Notes: generated by a model from the sequence alone, not told the origin. A DNA stretch of 64,000 nt from Thermoanaerobaculales bacterium (GCA_029287235.1 JARFRM010000058.1:5602-69601), one strand, 5' to 3'; shown: positions 1 to 9,893, counted from the stretch's first letter. Program-made: numbers and translations.

Positions 1-1
1 T

Positions 2-406
2 CTCGAGTTCTATGTCGATGTCCTCGGTATGGAGCTGCGCAGCGACCGTCAGTTCAAATCCAGCGGCAGCAAGGGGGCGCTGGGCGTCCCTGACGGCACC
101 GAGTTCCGTTTCGCCATCGTCTACGCCCACGGCGCCACTTTCGGCCATCTGCTCTTCCTCGACTACCAGGGGCGGCTCGGCCTCCCGAGTCCGGGGATCG
201 ACTGGCGCCCTCCCAACCGGGGCATGGCCATGTGGAGCTTCCCCGTACGTGACATGGACGAGATTCTCGAGCGTCTGAGCGCCGCCGGCATCGAGCCGTT
301 CTCCCGGCCGGTGGAGTACGAGAGCCCGTCGCTGGGTCACCACACGAGCGTGACTGTCATCGACCCCAGCGGTTTCATGGTCGAGCTCTTCCAGACCATC
401 GAGTAG
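2..406 (+). CDS. VOC (glyoxalase/bleomycin-resistance/dioxygenase fold) family protein, 5'-partial at window edge
   Basis: The frame of listed ORF 29..406 stays open back to base 2 (LEFYVDVLGMELRSD...), a typical VOC N-terminal strand. It ends ...VIDPSGFMVELFQTIE*. Confidence 0.75.
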   Translation, partial: LEFYVDVLGMELRSDRQFKSSGSKGALGVPDGTEFRFAIVYAHGATFGHLLFLDYQGRLGLPSPGIDWRPPNRGMAMWSFPVRDMDEILERLSAAGIEPFSRPVEYESPSLGHHTSVTVIDPSGFMVELFQTIE

Positions 407-428
407 CGAAACGAAAACGAGGTCCACG

Positions 429-2012
429 ATGGGAATCCAGCAAAGCCATCCCGATCTGCATCGTGCGCTCGAGGGGATCCTCGGCGCCGAGCATCTCTTG
501 ACCACCGACGAAGACCGCGAGTTTTACTCGCAGGACATCTACCGCACGGCCGACGACCACGTGGCGGCCGTCGTCCGTCCGGGAACGACGGATGAGGTCT
601 CCAAGGTCGTCGCCGCCGCGACGAACGCCGGTTTGTCGGTCATCGCCCGCGGTGGGGGATCGTCCTACACGGGTGGGCTGCTGCCCGACCGGCCCGACTC
701 GGTGGCCATCGACACCAAGCGGCTCGACCGGGTGGTGGAGATCAACACCGACGACATGTACGTCGTCGTCGAGGTCGGTTGCACTTGGCAGGAGCTGCAC
801 CAGGCCCTCAAACCCCATGGCGTTCGGTCGCCCTTCTGGGGCCCGGCTTCCGGTGGCACGGCCACGGTGGGCGGGAGTCTGTCGCAGAACGCCATTCTCC
901 ACGGTTCCGCTCTCCACGGCGCGTCGGGGGAAAGCGTGCTCGGGCTCGAAGTGGTGCTGGCCGACGGCAGCATCGTCCCCACGGGTTCCTGGTCGACCGT
1001 CGGTGGCAAACCCTTTTTCCGCCACTACGGTCCCGATCTCACCGGGCTCTTCCTCGGTGACACCGGGGCGCTCGGCATCAAGACTCGAGCCGTACTCCGC
1101 CTGATGCGTATCCCGCCCTCGGCGAGATTCGCTTCCTTCGAGTTCAAAGACGGCACGCAGTTCGCCGAAGCCATGGGTGAGATCGCTCGATCGCGGCTGG
1201 TCAGCATGTGTTTCGGCATGGATCCCGTGCTCCAACACCAGAGGATGAAGCGGACCAGCCTCACCCAGGACGTCAAGGCCCTCAAGGGAGTCGTCACCTC
1301 GGCGAAGAACATCGGCAAGGGGCTCAAGGAAGCCGCAAAGGTGGCTCTGGCCGGGCGCTCCTTTCTGGAAGAGCACAGCTACTCAACCCATTACATCGTT
1401 GAAGGTCGGACTGAGGCGGAGGTCGATGAGAAGCTCGAGGCCGTACGCAAGATCTGCCTGGAGCACGGTCACGAGGTGGAGAACACTCTGCCCAAGGTCT
1501 TGTATGGAGATTCGTTCTTCCCCATGACCACCGCCATCGGTCCGCAGGGCGAACGGTGGGCTCCGGTGCACGGAGTCGTTCCCATGGGGGACGCTCCCGG
1601 GGCGATCGCCAAGATCGAGGGTCTTTTCGCGAGCAACGTCGAGGAAATGGAACGCCTGGGGGTCGTTATCGGAATCCTGTTGTCCACGGTGGGCACCAAC
1701 GGGTTCGTCATCGAGCCGGTCTTCTACTGGCCGGGGCCCCAGACCCTCTACTACAAACGGGTGCTCGAACCGGCCTATCTGGACAAGCTGAAGAAGTTCG
1801 AGCACAGTCCGGATGCCGAGGCCCTGGTGGCGGAAATCCGCACCAAACTGATCGCGATCTTCCAGGAGTTGGGGGCGGCCCACCTGCAGGTCGGCAAGAC
1901 CTACCCATACCGACAGGGTCGCAACCCCAACACCTGGAATCTGCTCGACGCCATCAAGACCGCCGTGGACCCGAAGAGACTGGTCAACCCCAAGAGCCTC
2001 GGGCTCGACTGA
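429..2012 (+). CDS. FAD-binding (PCMH-type) FAD-linked oxidase, GlcD-like
   Basis: 527 aa. N-terminal FAD-binding motif VVRPGTTDEVSKVV...ARGGGSSYTGG and C-terminal FAD-oxidase_C-like ...KRLVNPKSLGLD. Confidence 0.9.
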   Translation: MGIQQSHPDLHRALEGILGAEHLLTTDEDREFYSQDIYRTADDHVAAVVRPGTTDEVSKVVAAATNAGLSVIARGGGSSYTGGLLPDRPDSVAIDTKRLDRVVEINTDDMYVVVEVGCTWQELHQALKPHGVRSPFWGPASGGTATVGGSLSQNAILHGSALHGASGESVLGLEVVLADGSIVPTGSWSTVGGKPFFRHYGPDLTGLFLGDTGALGIKTRAVLRLMRIPPSARFASFEFKDGTQFAEAMGEIARSRLVSMCFGMDPVLQHQRMKRTSLTQDVKALKGVVTSAKNIGKGLKEAAKVALAGRSFLEEHSYSTHYIVEGRTEAEVDEKLEAVRKICLEHGHEVENTLPKVLYGDSFFPMTTAIGPQGERWAPVHGVVPMGDAPGAIAKIEGLFASNVEEMERLGVVIGILLSTVGTNGFVIEPVFYWPGPQTLYYKRVLEPAYLDKLKKFEHSPDAEALVAEIRTKLIAIFQELGAAHLQVGKTYPYRQGRNPNTWNLLDAIKTAVDPKRLVNPKSLGLD

Positions 2013-2067
2013 GCAACGCCTGGACTCGCGCGAATCGGCGAACGGTGAAATGTGTTGACGGCCGGGC

Positions 2068-2184
2068 GGGGATTTGTAGCCGCAAGCTTCCCAGCTTGCG
2101 AGTCAAGGTCGCTGCGGAGAGCAGCATGAGGGTTTGCGCCGGTGCTGTCGGATGGCAAGCCGGGATGCTTGCCGCTACAAGGGC
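2068..2184. repeat. Solo copy of the hairpin repeat family A (same family as the 120-bp tandem at 9946-10225)
   Basis: Contains TTGTAGCCGCAAGCTTCCCAGCTTGCGA and GGCAAGCCGGGATGCTTGCCGCTACAAGGGC, near-identical to the two hairpin modules of the tandem units. The centre has diverged. Confidence 0.7.
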
Positions 2185-2223
2185 ACTCGATTTGTTGGAT
2201 CACAGACGGTCAAGGAGAAGCAC

Positions 2224-3345
2224 ATGAGGCAAGTCCGATTCAAATCCACTCTTGCAGTCGTCGGGTTCATGATTGCCGGTTCGATGGCGGTCGCCGCCGA
2301 GCTGCCCGAAACCGGTGTCAGCGGGGTCTACGAGGCCATGGTCGGGACCGATGACGCCGACGAACTCGTGAAGTACTTCGCGGAGTTCGGTTTCTCGACC
2401 GTGGCCAAGGGCGCCCTGACCGCCGCCGAGGCGAAGAAGATCTACGGCGTCGACAGCGCACTGCGCTCGATCCGCATGCAGAATGGAAGCATCGACAGCC
2501 ACGGTCTGGTACGGATCCTCGAGTGGGAGACACCCCTCGGGCCGGGTGTGGGCTACGCTCCACCCGAGACCATCGGCCAGCGGATGCTGGTCATGCGCAC
2601 CGAAGACGTCTTCCGGCTCGACGATGTCTACAACGATCTCCGCGATGCGGGGCAGCCCGTTCTGGCCATTCCGCCGGTCTACGACGACCTCTACGGAATG
2701 ACCGAGGGCGAAATCGACTTCTTCAATCGACGGGTCGGTGTCCGAGAGATGGCGGTGTATCAGAATTCGGTGAATCACGTCTTCTTTCAGCGCTACGGCT
2801 ACCAGATCCCCGGCTACGGCACCATCGGTGACCATGCACCGCTGGGCACCAGCGAGCTCACCCACCACGATTTCGTCATCAAAGGCGATATCAATGAAGT
2901 GACCGCGTACTACAGCGAGGTGCTGGGATTCAAACCCGAGGCCGAGGAGGCCACCATCGACGGCGACTGGCAGGCGGGACCCAAGGCGGTGTTCGGGATG
3001 GTCCCCGGTACGAGCCATTGGTACCGCGGCTTTGTCTCGCCCAACAACATTTGCGGCAAGCTCAAGTTCTTCGTGCCGCTGGATCAGCGCCCGGATCGCT
3101 CGGCGAACCAACGGCCCGGAGAAATTGGGATCACTCTCCACTCGGTGACCGTGCCGAATCTCCGAAAGGTGCACGATCTGGCCTTCGAACACCGGCTCGA
3201 GATCACCCCCGTGGTCGAGAACGAGCTCGGCGAATCAAGCTTTGTCGTCCACGGTCCCGACGGCTCTTCCTGGCAGGTCATCGAGAAGCAGGGGAGTGAG
3301 AACACCCGGTTGACCGAGTTCAAGCTGGTGACGGTCAACAACTGA
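2224..3345 (+). CDS. Secreted two-domain VOC-family protein
   Basis: Start refined to ATG 2224, in frame with listed ORF 2134..3345. Signal peptide MRQVRFKSTLAVVGFMIAGSMAVAAE. VOC-like segments include HHDFVIKGDINEVTAYYSEVLGFKPE. Confidence 0.8.
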   Translation: MRQVRFKSTLAVVGFMIAGSMAVAAELPETGVSGVYEAMVGTDDADELVKYFAEFGFSTVAKGALTAAEAKKIYGVDSALRSIRMQNGSIDSHGLVRILEWETPLGPGVGYAPPETIGQRMLVMRTEDVFRLDDVYNDLRDAGQPVLAIPPVYDDLYGMTEGEIDFFNRRVGVREMAVYQNSVNHVFFQRYGYQIPGYGTIGDHAPLGTSELTHHDFVIKGDINEVTAYYSEVLGFKPEAEEATIDGDWQAGPKAVFGMVPGTSHWYRGFVSPNNICGKLKFFVPLDQRPDRSANQRPGEIGITLHSVTVPNLRKVHDLAFEHRLEITPVVENELGESSFVVHGPDGSSWQVIEKQGSENTRLTEFKLVTVNN

Positions 3346-3595
3346 TCTGACGTCTCCGTTGAGGCGCGGTTGCCAAATTGGCTGCGAGCTTCGTTGATGT
3401 TCGTCACCTCCATCCCCTGCGTTGTCCCCAACGTCTTCGGGGTGCAGATCAGATCAGTGACGATGATCATGGCCGCGTCGGCCGTCGTTCGTTTCTTCGT
3501 CGCCCGTATCTCGGCCTGCGCAGAGGATTCCGAGACCGGTTCCTAGAACCGCGGCTTCATCGTCGTCGTTGCCTCGGTGGGTGAGGGGATGAGCA

Positions 3596-4663
3596 TCAAC
3601 TCGGCTGTGGATCGCCGGGCTCAGGATCGATCCCGAGCTTCTTCGCCCGTTTTCGCCAAAGCTCGCGGGCGAGCTCCTGCATGTCGGTGGTGGTGTCGAG
3701 CTCGTCAACGATTTCGATGCCCAACAGGGTCTCGATGATGTCTTCCAGGGTGACGAGGCCCTCGACGCCACCGTACTCGTCGACCAGTACCGCCATGTGT
3801 TGGCCCTCCGCGATCAGGACCTGCAGCAGCTCGGTGATGGACATGGTCTCCGAGATCGCGGTGAGTGGTCTGGCCAGTTCGGAAAGAGGAGTGTCGTGCC
3901 GGTCCCGGGCGCCGGCGAGAAAGAGATCGGCTTTGAGCAGGACGGTTTGTATGTCGTCGGGGTTTCGCCCAAAAAGCGGAATGCGTGAGAACGGGATTTC
4001 AGGATGAGCGTCCATGGCCTCGGCCACCGTCATCGCTTCGTCGAGGGTGAAGATGACGATCCGGGGGGTCATGATGTCGGCTGCACGGATGGTCCTGAAG
4101 CGGACGAGATTGGTGACGACGCGGAGCTCCTCGGGGAGCAGCTCGCCCTCTTCGGCGCCCACCTCGGCCATGGCGGTGAGCTCTTCGCGCTTGAATCTGG
4201 CGATCGGCCTGCCGCGCGCGATGATTCCGGTCAGCTTCTCAGACAGCCATACCAGGGGCCACAGCAGCTTGACCAGGAGCCAGATTGCCGGGGCGAGGGC
4301 CGGGGCTAGGGTCCGCCACCACGCGGCGCCGATGGTCTTGGGAATGATCTCCGAGAGGACGAGGATCAGCAGGGTCAGCACCGCCGAGGCGATACCCACA
4401 TACGCGCTGCCGAAGACCCGGGCGGCCTCGGCGCCCACCCCGACGGCGCCGACAGTGTGGGCGATGGTGTTGAGGCTGAGGATGGCTGCGAGGGCCTGGT
4501 CCATGTTGGCTTCCAGGTGCGCGAGCAGCTTCGCCGATCGGTGTTCCTCCCGGACCAGGTTCTGGACATAGAACGGCGTCATGCTCAGCAGAGCCGCTTC
4601 CGCGAGCGAGCAGAAAAAGGAAAAACCGAGCGCAACCCCGGCATAGACCAGCAGCAGAGTCAT
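3596..4663 (-). CDS. CNNM/DUF21 transmembrane domain + CBS-pair protein (hemolysin/CorC-related family)
   Basis: 355 aa. N-terminal DUF21-like TM region (MTLLLVYAGVALGFSFFCSLAEAALLSM) followed by a CBS-pair-like region (IMTPRIVIFTLDEAMTVAEAM...). Confidence 0.85.
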   Translation of the reverse strand: MTLLLVYAGVALGFSFFCSLAEAALLSMTPFYVQNLVREEHRSAKLLAHLEANMDQALAAILSLNTIAHTVGAVGVGAEAARVFGSAYVGIASAVLTLLILVLSEIIPKTIGAAWWRTLAPALAPAIWLLVKLLWPLVWLSEKLTGIIARGRPIARFKREELTAMAEVGAEEGELLPEELRVVTNLVRFRTIRAADIMTPRIVIFTLDEAMTVAEAMDAHPEIPFSRIPLFGRNPDDIQTVLLKADLFLAGARDRHDTPLSELARPLTAISETMSITELLQVLIAEGQHMAVLVDEYGGVEGLVTLEDIIETLLGIEIVDELDTTTDMQELARELWRKRAKKLGIDPEPGDPQPS

Positions 4664-4710
4664 GGTCCCCGATCAGCCGCGAACAGGTATCCGCCCTCGA
4701 TCACCGCTTT

Positions 4711-5001
4711 TCATCGTACTTCGTCTAAAGAAGGTCGTCCAGATTCCAGCACGCATCGGTGGCTTGCTTTCTCTTGGGAAGGATCCGGCGCAAACCACAC
4801 CTTGATCTGCTCGGTGATCTCAGGGTTGTGTAGGAGCGCCATGTGGTTGGTCTTGTGGGCGATGAACTGAGACGCCTTCGGGAAGTCGAGACGCCGGCGG
4901 TGGTCTTCGTGTCGACCGAGGGCGATCGGCAGGGGATCCAGACCGTCTCCGATGATGCGGTCCGCCAGAACGGTGCGGCGAGAGGCGGTGATCGCAGCCA
5001 C
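4711..5001 (-). pseudogene. C-terminal remnant of an alpha/beta-hydrolase
   Basis: Only about 60 aa resemble an alpha/beta-hydrolase C-terminus (PIALGRHEDH...FIAHKTNHMALLHNPEITEQIKVWF). There is no room for the roughly 200 aa N-terminal part before the next gene at 5178. Confidence 0.4.
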
Positions 5002-5177
5002 GGTGAAGCAGGCGACGCCTTCAGGGAGCGGTACGATTTCGCGCTCATCGGGAGTATTCGAGAAGCGATCTCGACTCCCCCAATACCTCGAATGGAGTCG
5101 AAGATGCGATTCGAAGCTCTGATACGGTTGAAGTGAGCACGGATCAAGCCCTGAAACTACTTCGAAGGAGTTAGACG

Positions 5178-5807
5178 ATGGAGTTCAGCGAATTGATGAA
5201 GAAGCGGCGGTCGGTCAACTTCTTCGATCCGGAAAAACCGGTCGAGCAGGGGGTACTGGAGAAGATCATCGAGGAGGCCTCCCTGACTCCTTCCGGGTTC
5301 AATCTACAGCCCTGGAACCTGCTGGTCGTCCGCTCGCCGGAGGTCAAGAAGCGGCTGCGTAAAATCGCCTGGGACCAACCGAAGATCGAAGATGCGCCCG
5401 TCGTTCTGGTGCTGCTAGCCGACAAGGACGGCTGGCGGCCGGAGCACCCGGTGATGGAGAAAGCGTGGCAGGACCAGATCGATCTGGGCTACACCAAGCC
5501 GGAGATGCGGTCTTGGTTCGACGGGGCGGCTCGTCAGCTCTTCGACTCGGAGAAGGGGAGCCTGATCTTTGCGGTCCGCAACTCCTGTTTCTTCGGCATG
5601 TCGCTGATGCTCGCAGTCGCCAACGCCGGGCTCGACTCCCATCCGATCAGCGGCTTTGACCACGAAGCGCTTGTTGCCGAACTGGAGGTCCCGGACAACT
5701 TCGTGGTGCCCATGATGCTCGTGGTCGGGCACTTCGACGAAAAGCAGACGCTCGGCCCGGCGAAATGGCGGAAGAGCTACGACGAGATCGTTCGCCAGGA
5801 GCTTTGA
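5178..5807 (+). CDS. Nitroreductase family protein
   Basis: 209 aa. MKKRRSVNFFDPEKPV...ASLTPSGFNLQPWNLLVV is a classic nitroreductase N-terminus. GGAG lies upstream. Confidence 0.9.
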   Translation: MEFSELMKKRRSVNFFDPEKPVEQGVLEKIIEEASLTPSGFNLQPWNLLVVRSPEVKKRLRKIAWDQPKIEDAPVVLVLLADKDGWRPEHPVMEKAWQDQIDLGYTKPEMRSWFDGAARQLFDSEKGSLIFAVRNSCFFGMSLMLAVANAGLDSHPISGFDHEALVAELEVPDNFVVPMMLVVGHFDEKQTLGPAKWRKSYDEIVRQEL

Positions 5808-5961
5808 CCTTTCCCATCGGTGCCGGGTCCGAAGTTCCGTGTTTGTGACGTCGAAACAGCGGAAATCCGGATTCGGCGCTGTGTTGGGCTCCAGTTCCTG
5901 ACGAATCAAGACCCGGATTGAACCGGGGGTGTTGTGTTATCAGGATTTGGACGCTTTTTTC

Positions 5962-7548
5962 TTAGTCGGGGGTTCGCCTGTCGTCGGTGTCGCGTGGCGG
6001 CGGGATCCGGAGACCGACGAACCACTGGTTCCTGAGCCACATTCGCTGGGATCCGGCGGTCCTTCGATCGATGAAGGTCAGCTCGTAGTCGCGCTCGCCT
6101 TCTACAAAGGCCTCCATCGAAAAGGTGTCGAGGTAGAGTTGGGTCAGCTCCTTGCGGGTCGGAGACGACGGGTCGGCGGGGTTCGGAAAGATCGCAAAAA
6201 GCCGGTCGCCGAGGAGCTCCACATCCGCTTGGAAGACGTCGCCTCTGTTGTCGGTGAACTCGTAGGATCCAGTGTAGGCAATCCATGTCGTCGGGTCGGT
6301 CGAGTAGTCGGGTGGATCTGATGAGTCAGGCTCGAGTACTACGTCGACGATGCAGTAGGCGGCGGCGCGGAGATAGTAGGTGGTGTTGCCGAGGACCGAC
6401 ACCACGAAACGTTCGTCGGGAACCCACAGTAGATAGGCGCCCCATCCGTAGAGATTGCCTCCGTGTTGGCGGACATCGAGTCCCTTGTACTTCTCGGCAA
6501 AGATGCCGAGGCCATAGTGGGAGTCGGGAATCAGGTCGAGGTCGACCTGTCGGGTCTGCATGGCCAGGGCAGAAGAGTGCGAGAGAACGTCGCCTCCGCC
6601 GTCCATCAGCATCAATGCCCACGACGCGAGGTCTCCGGCGTTCGAAAATGCCTGCCCGGCGGGGTCGCCGATCCGGCTTTGGTAAGCATCAGGCGCATAG
6701 ACCGTCGTGTGGCCGTCGGGGGAGGGATGGTGGCCCCAGGAGTAGTTGCCGCTCGCGATGACCTCCTGCGGGTCGAAGGTCGTGGCCGTCATTCCGGCTG
6801 CCGCGAACACCCGGCCGGCCGTCAGTTCGCGATAGGGGAGGCCACCGGCTCGCTCGGCGACCAGACCGGCGAGGGAGAAGCCCGGATTGCTGTAGTTCCA
6901 GAAGGTCCCGGGAGGTGAGTGGAGCCGGGTCTCTCCGAGGCTTGCGGCCCAGTCGGTCAACGCTTGATCTCCCGTCGGCCCGAGGGGATCCTCGTAGTAG
7001 TCCGGCAGAGCGGAGGTGTGGGTCAGGAGGTGACGCACGGTGATGGCCTCGGCCGGCCACTGACCGCTCAGGCTGAACTCCGGGACCCACTCCCTCACAG
7101 GATCATCGAGATCCACCAGCCCCGCGTCGACCTGCTGCATCACTGCGGCGGCGGTGAACATCTTCGTGGCCGAACCGATTCGAAACCGGGTGCCGGTGTC
7201 CACCAACTCCGGTTCGCCTTCACGTTTGAAGCCGAAGCCCCGGTTGAATATCACTTCACCGTGGTGGATCACCGTTGCCGCCGCCCCAGGTGCACCGATC
7301 GCGACCATGTCGGTCTCGACGCAGAGTTCTATTGCGGTTTGAACCGAGGCTGCGGGGGTCAGCGACCGCCCGGGCGCGAATGTCCGGTCGGCAGGCTTGG
7401 GGACGGGCCCGAGGTCGAGAGCCGCCACTACCGGCTGATCGTGCTGGTGATCGAGGCCCTCTGGCTCAACAGCAGGTAGAGCCAGGCCGCCCAGGACAGA
7501 GACCGTACCTGCAACCAGGAGCGATGACCGGCGCAAGGTAGGAAACAC
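5962..7548 (-). CDS. Serine hydrolase, beta-lactamase/transpeptidase-like (class C-type motifs) with C-terminal extension
   Basis: SxxK motif (GSATKMF) and YxN motif (WNYSNPG). Start refined to GTG 7548, preceded by GGAGG, giving the signal peptide VFPTLRRSSLLVAGTVSVLGGLALPA. The listed ORF extends to 7677. Confidence 0.85.
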   Translation of the reverse strand: MFPTLRRSSLLVAGTVSVLGGLALPAVEPEGLDHQHDQPVVAALDLGPVPKPADRTFAPGRSLTPAASVQTAIELCVETDMVAIGAPGAAATVIHHGEVIFNRGFGFKREGEPELVDTGTRFRIGSATKMFTAAAVMQQVDAGLVDLDDPVREWVPEFSLSGQWPAEAITVRHLLTHTSALPDYYEDPLGPTGDQALTDWAASLGETRLHSPPGTFWNYSNPGFSLAGLVAERAGGLPYRELTAGRVFAAAGMTATTFDPQEVIASGNYSWGHHPSPDGHTTVYAPDAYQSRIGDPAGQAFSNAGDLASWALMLMDGGGDVLSHSSALAMQTRQVDLDLIPDSHYGLGIFAEKYKGLDVRQHGGNLYGWGAYLLWVPDERFVVSVLGNTTYYLRAAAYCIVDVVLEPDSSDPPDYSTDPTTWIAYTGSYEFTDNRGDVFQADVELLGDRLFAIFPNPADPSSPTRKELTQLYLDTFSMEAFVEGERDYELTFIDRRTAGSQRMWLRNQWFVGLRIPPPRDTDDRRTPD

Positions 7549-7679
7549 GGGAGCCTCCACGCACGGTAGTGGCCTCCCTCGATTCGCCTGGTCCGGTTCC
7601 CGTACCGAGGGAGAGCTGTTCACAGTATGAGTGTCAGATGAGGATCCCGCAACGAGCCGGGGCTGGTTTTTTCGCAAAT

Positions 7680-7950
7680 TCGCTCGTTACACATCGCAGT
7701 TTCACCGCAAAGACCGCCAAGGACGCCAAGAACATCGCAAAGGCCATCGCATTTTTGGGCCATCGCACCATCACACGGAGAGACCGCTGATTGCGTAGAT
7801 GCACGCAGACTTCATCGCACGTCGCAAACACGAAAACGCAAAGCCGAAGCAATCAGCGAGTTGGGAGCTCACCCTTAAGGGCCGCCTGACTGGCGTGGTG
7901 ACGGCTCCGGCGCCGGAATGAATCTGAAGGTGGGCCCAGGCCCACCCTAC
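7680..7950. repeat. Repeat family B, long copy (hairpin GGTGGGCCCAGGCCCACC plus conserved tail)
   Basis: The reverse complement matches 17165-17290. Shared parts are GGGTGGGCC(N2)GGCCCACC and ...TTGCGA(N)GTTCTTGGCG..GTCTTTGCGGT(N)AAACTG(N)GATGTG. This copy carries about 150 extra bp, including the 10-bp inverted repeat CGCTGATTGC/GCAATCAGCG. Confidence 0.65.
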
Positions 7951-8486
7951 TCGTCAACGTGGCTGCGTGCGAGGGCCGGGTGGGCGAACTGACCGAGCAT
8001 CCCGAGCCGGTAGTTGAAGGTGACGACGACCACGCCCTGTTCGGCGAGAGCGGTTCCGTCGTAGCGCGGCATGGCCGTGTCGCCGACCGAGAACCCGCCC
8101 GGGAGGATCCACACCATGACCGGAAGATCGGCATCGGGATCGGTCGCGCCGGTCCAGACGTTCAGGAAGAGGCAGTCCTCGCTCATGGAACGATCGCCCA
8201 GGACCTCCAGGGAATAGCCCGGTTTCAGGTTCTGCGGGCAGACGTTGCCGAAATCGCCGGCGTCGCGCGTGCCGTTCCAGCCGTCGTGAGGTTGCGGTGG
8301 GAACCATCGCAGCTCGCCGATCGGAGGCGCGGCGAAGGGAATGCCCTTGAAACTCGAGATCCCATTATCGGCCACCCCGATGAGCTTCCCCTGATCGATT
8401 TCTATGACGGGACCGGTCTCGGCCGCATTGATTTGAAGGGCAACAAGGCCTAAGCCGATGACACATACGAGGCTTTTGAGTTTCAT
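7947..8486 (-). pseudogene. Type B carboxylesterase/lipase, N-terminal 179-aa fragment (truncated before the GESAG serine)
   Basis: Signal peptide followed by [16 protein letters not shown]...EDCLFLNVW...[10 protein letters not shown]...FNYRLG, the canonical COesterase N-terminus. The stop codon abuts the family B hairpin at 7929-7946. Confidence 0.7.
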
Positions 8487-8503
8487 CGTGGCTTTGCGGT
8501 GAA

Positions 8504-9298
8504 TTACTCCGCTGCGTCATTCGGTTTCTGGAGTTCCCGGATCTCATCCATGTCCTTTGGCGGTTGGAGCCAAAGCTGGGCCTCGTTCTCGACCCACGCC
8601 TTGATGGTTTCGGGAAGCGCGTCGAAGCTCTCCACCCGCCATCCGACCAGGTGGATGATGGTCCGGCCGGGTCCGAGGAAGGGCGGCAGATCGCCATAGC
8701 GCATCCAGCTCAGCTGGTTCGGCATGGACCCGCCGGGCTGGATGAAGAAGTCATAGTGCTCGAAGGCTTCGTACTTGCCGCGCGGGGTTTCGAAGTTGAG
8801 GAAGAGGGGGGCCGCGAACTGGGCGACATCGCCGAGGCGTTGGGCGGCCATGGTGTCCATAGGCCCCAACTTCCGGAGTCGTACACCGCTACCCTGCTCG
8901 ACCGAGGTGAGAAGCTTGTCTCCCTCGAGCTTGTAGGTGATGTACTGGTAGGGGTACTTGATATGGGAGGCTTTCTTGCCGTTGACCTCGCGGAAGATCT
9001 CATCGGTCACGGGGTCGCGGTAGACAAAGGTCTTGCGTGAGAGCTGGTAGGCGGTGTGGGGATCGTCCGTGTCGCGGACGAGCCGCGCGGTGTCGATGCC
9101 CTCCATCCGGGCCAGGAGCTTGCCGCCCGGGTATGAGTAGACCTCTCCGGTTGAGTACCAGAAGACGGGTTTCCCGGTTCCGACCCGGGCTTTGAGAAAG
9201 ATCTCGAAGAGCTCTTCATCGAATCCCCCTCCCTCGGCCATGGCGAGACCCGGCAGAATGAACAATCCAACCACGACGCTGATGACGATTCGACGCAT
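8504..9298 (-). CDS. Secreted DUF1838-like protein (paralog 1)
   Basis: Start refined to ATG 9298 (AAGGAGAG upstream). Signal peptide [21 protein letters not shown]. Shares [17 protein letters not shown] and the overall layout with 24473..25360. Confidence 0.7.
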   Translation of the reverse strand: MRRIVISVVVGLFILPGLAMAEGGGFDEELFEIFLKARVGTGKPVFWYSTGEVYSYPGGKLLARMEGIDTARLVRDTDDPHTAYQLSRKTFVYRDPVTDEIFREVNGKKASHIKYPYQYITYKLEGDKLLTSVEQGSGVRLRKLGPMDTMAAQRLGDVAQFAAPLFLNFETPRGKYEAFEHYDFFIQPGGSMPNQLSWMRYGDLPPFLGPGRTIIHLVGWRVESFDALPETIKAWVENEAQLWLQPPKDMDEIRELQKPNDAAE

Positions 9299-9299
9299 G

Positions 9300-9893
9300 T
9301 CACTCTCCTTTGTTGTCTTCTGACGTTTCTCCCGCGTCCGCGTCCGTGCCCGCGTCCGCGTCCGAATGACCGGTTCCATTCCCAAACCGCTCCCGTTCCG
9401 CCTCGCTCAGCCCAGCTGACCAGAGTGAATCGAGGCAGGAGCGCAGGACGCGCAGCGCGAGCGAGATTTCTGAAGGCTCGAAGCCGGCGAGCAGGGCCTT
9501 GTTGGCGATGTGCCTCGCCGGCTCGATGCGGGCGAGGGCCGCCAGCCCTGCCGGTGTCGCATGCAGCGCTTTCTGCCTCCGGTCGCCGGGTTTTTCGGCC
9601 TGTGAGACCAACCCCTTCTGAACCAGCGAGCTCACGAGGGCGCTGATGGTCGGCCGTGACACCCCGCGTGCGGTGGCGATGGTCGATGCGAGCACCGACG
9701 TCCCAGGCTCGGTGGGTGCGCCCAGCCTCGGGAAGTTCGGATCGCCGGCGATCTGCAGCAGCAGCAGCCACTGCTGGGCGGTGAGGCCCTCCTGCTGGGC
9801 GAGCCGTTCGCCGTTGCGGGTGAGATGGTTGGCGAGATCGAGCAGGGTGAGGAGAAACGACTCCTCGGTCGATTCGTTGATCTTCACACTCAT
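9300..9893 (-). CDS. MarR family transcriptional regulator with repeat-derived acidic C-terminal tail
   Basis: Winged-helix core (LTAQQWLLLLQI...VSRPTISALVSSLVQKGLVSQAEKPGDRRQKAL). The tail HSDADAGTDADAGE is encoded by the hexamer array at 9334-9363. The stop lies 1 nt from the downstream start. Confidence 0.9.
   Translation of the reverse strand: MSVKINESTEESFLLTLLDLANHLTRNGERLAQQEGLTAQQWLLLLQIAGDPNFPRLGAPTEPGTSVLASTIATARGVSRPTISALVSSLVQKGLVSQAEKPGDRRQKALHATPAGLAALARIEPARHIANKALLAGFEPSEISLALRVLRSCLDSLWSAGLSEAERERFGNGTGHSDADAGTDADAGETSEDNKGE
9334..9363. repeat. Hexamer array (GGACGC GGACGC GGGCAC GGACGC GGACGC on minus strand)
   Basis: Five tandem hexamers of the same GGNNNC type as at 29214-29255. 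They are preceded on the minus strand by GGTCATTCG (compare GATCATCG at 27717 and 29207). Confidence 0.7.

Noticed and set aside
12-278. 88-aa ORF at the left edge, and the 333-aa ORF at 375..1376 on the minus strand
   Set aside because: The first is an alternative frame of the VOC gene and the second is antisense to the FAD oxidase. Both are Ser/Arg/Pro-rich shadow frames.
3084-3470. ORF whose internal segment (MEVTNINEARSQFGN...) resembles a Phd/YefM antitoxin N-terminus
   Set aside because: The similarity covers only about 15 residues. The ORF then runs antisense into the 3' end of the VOC gene, and there is no partner toxin ORF. It is probably a chance match or a tiny remnant.
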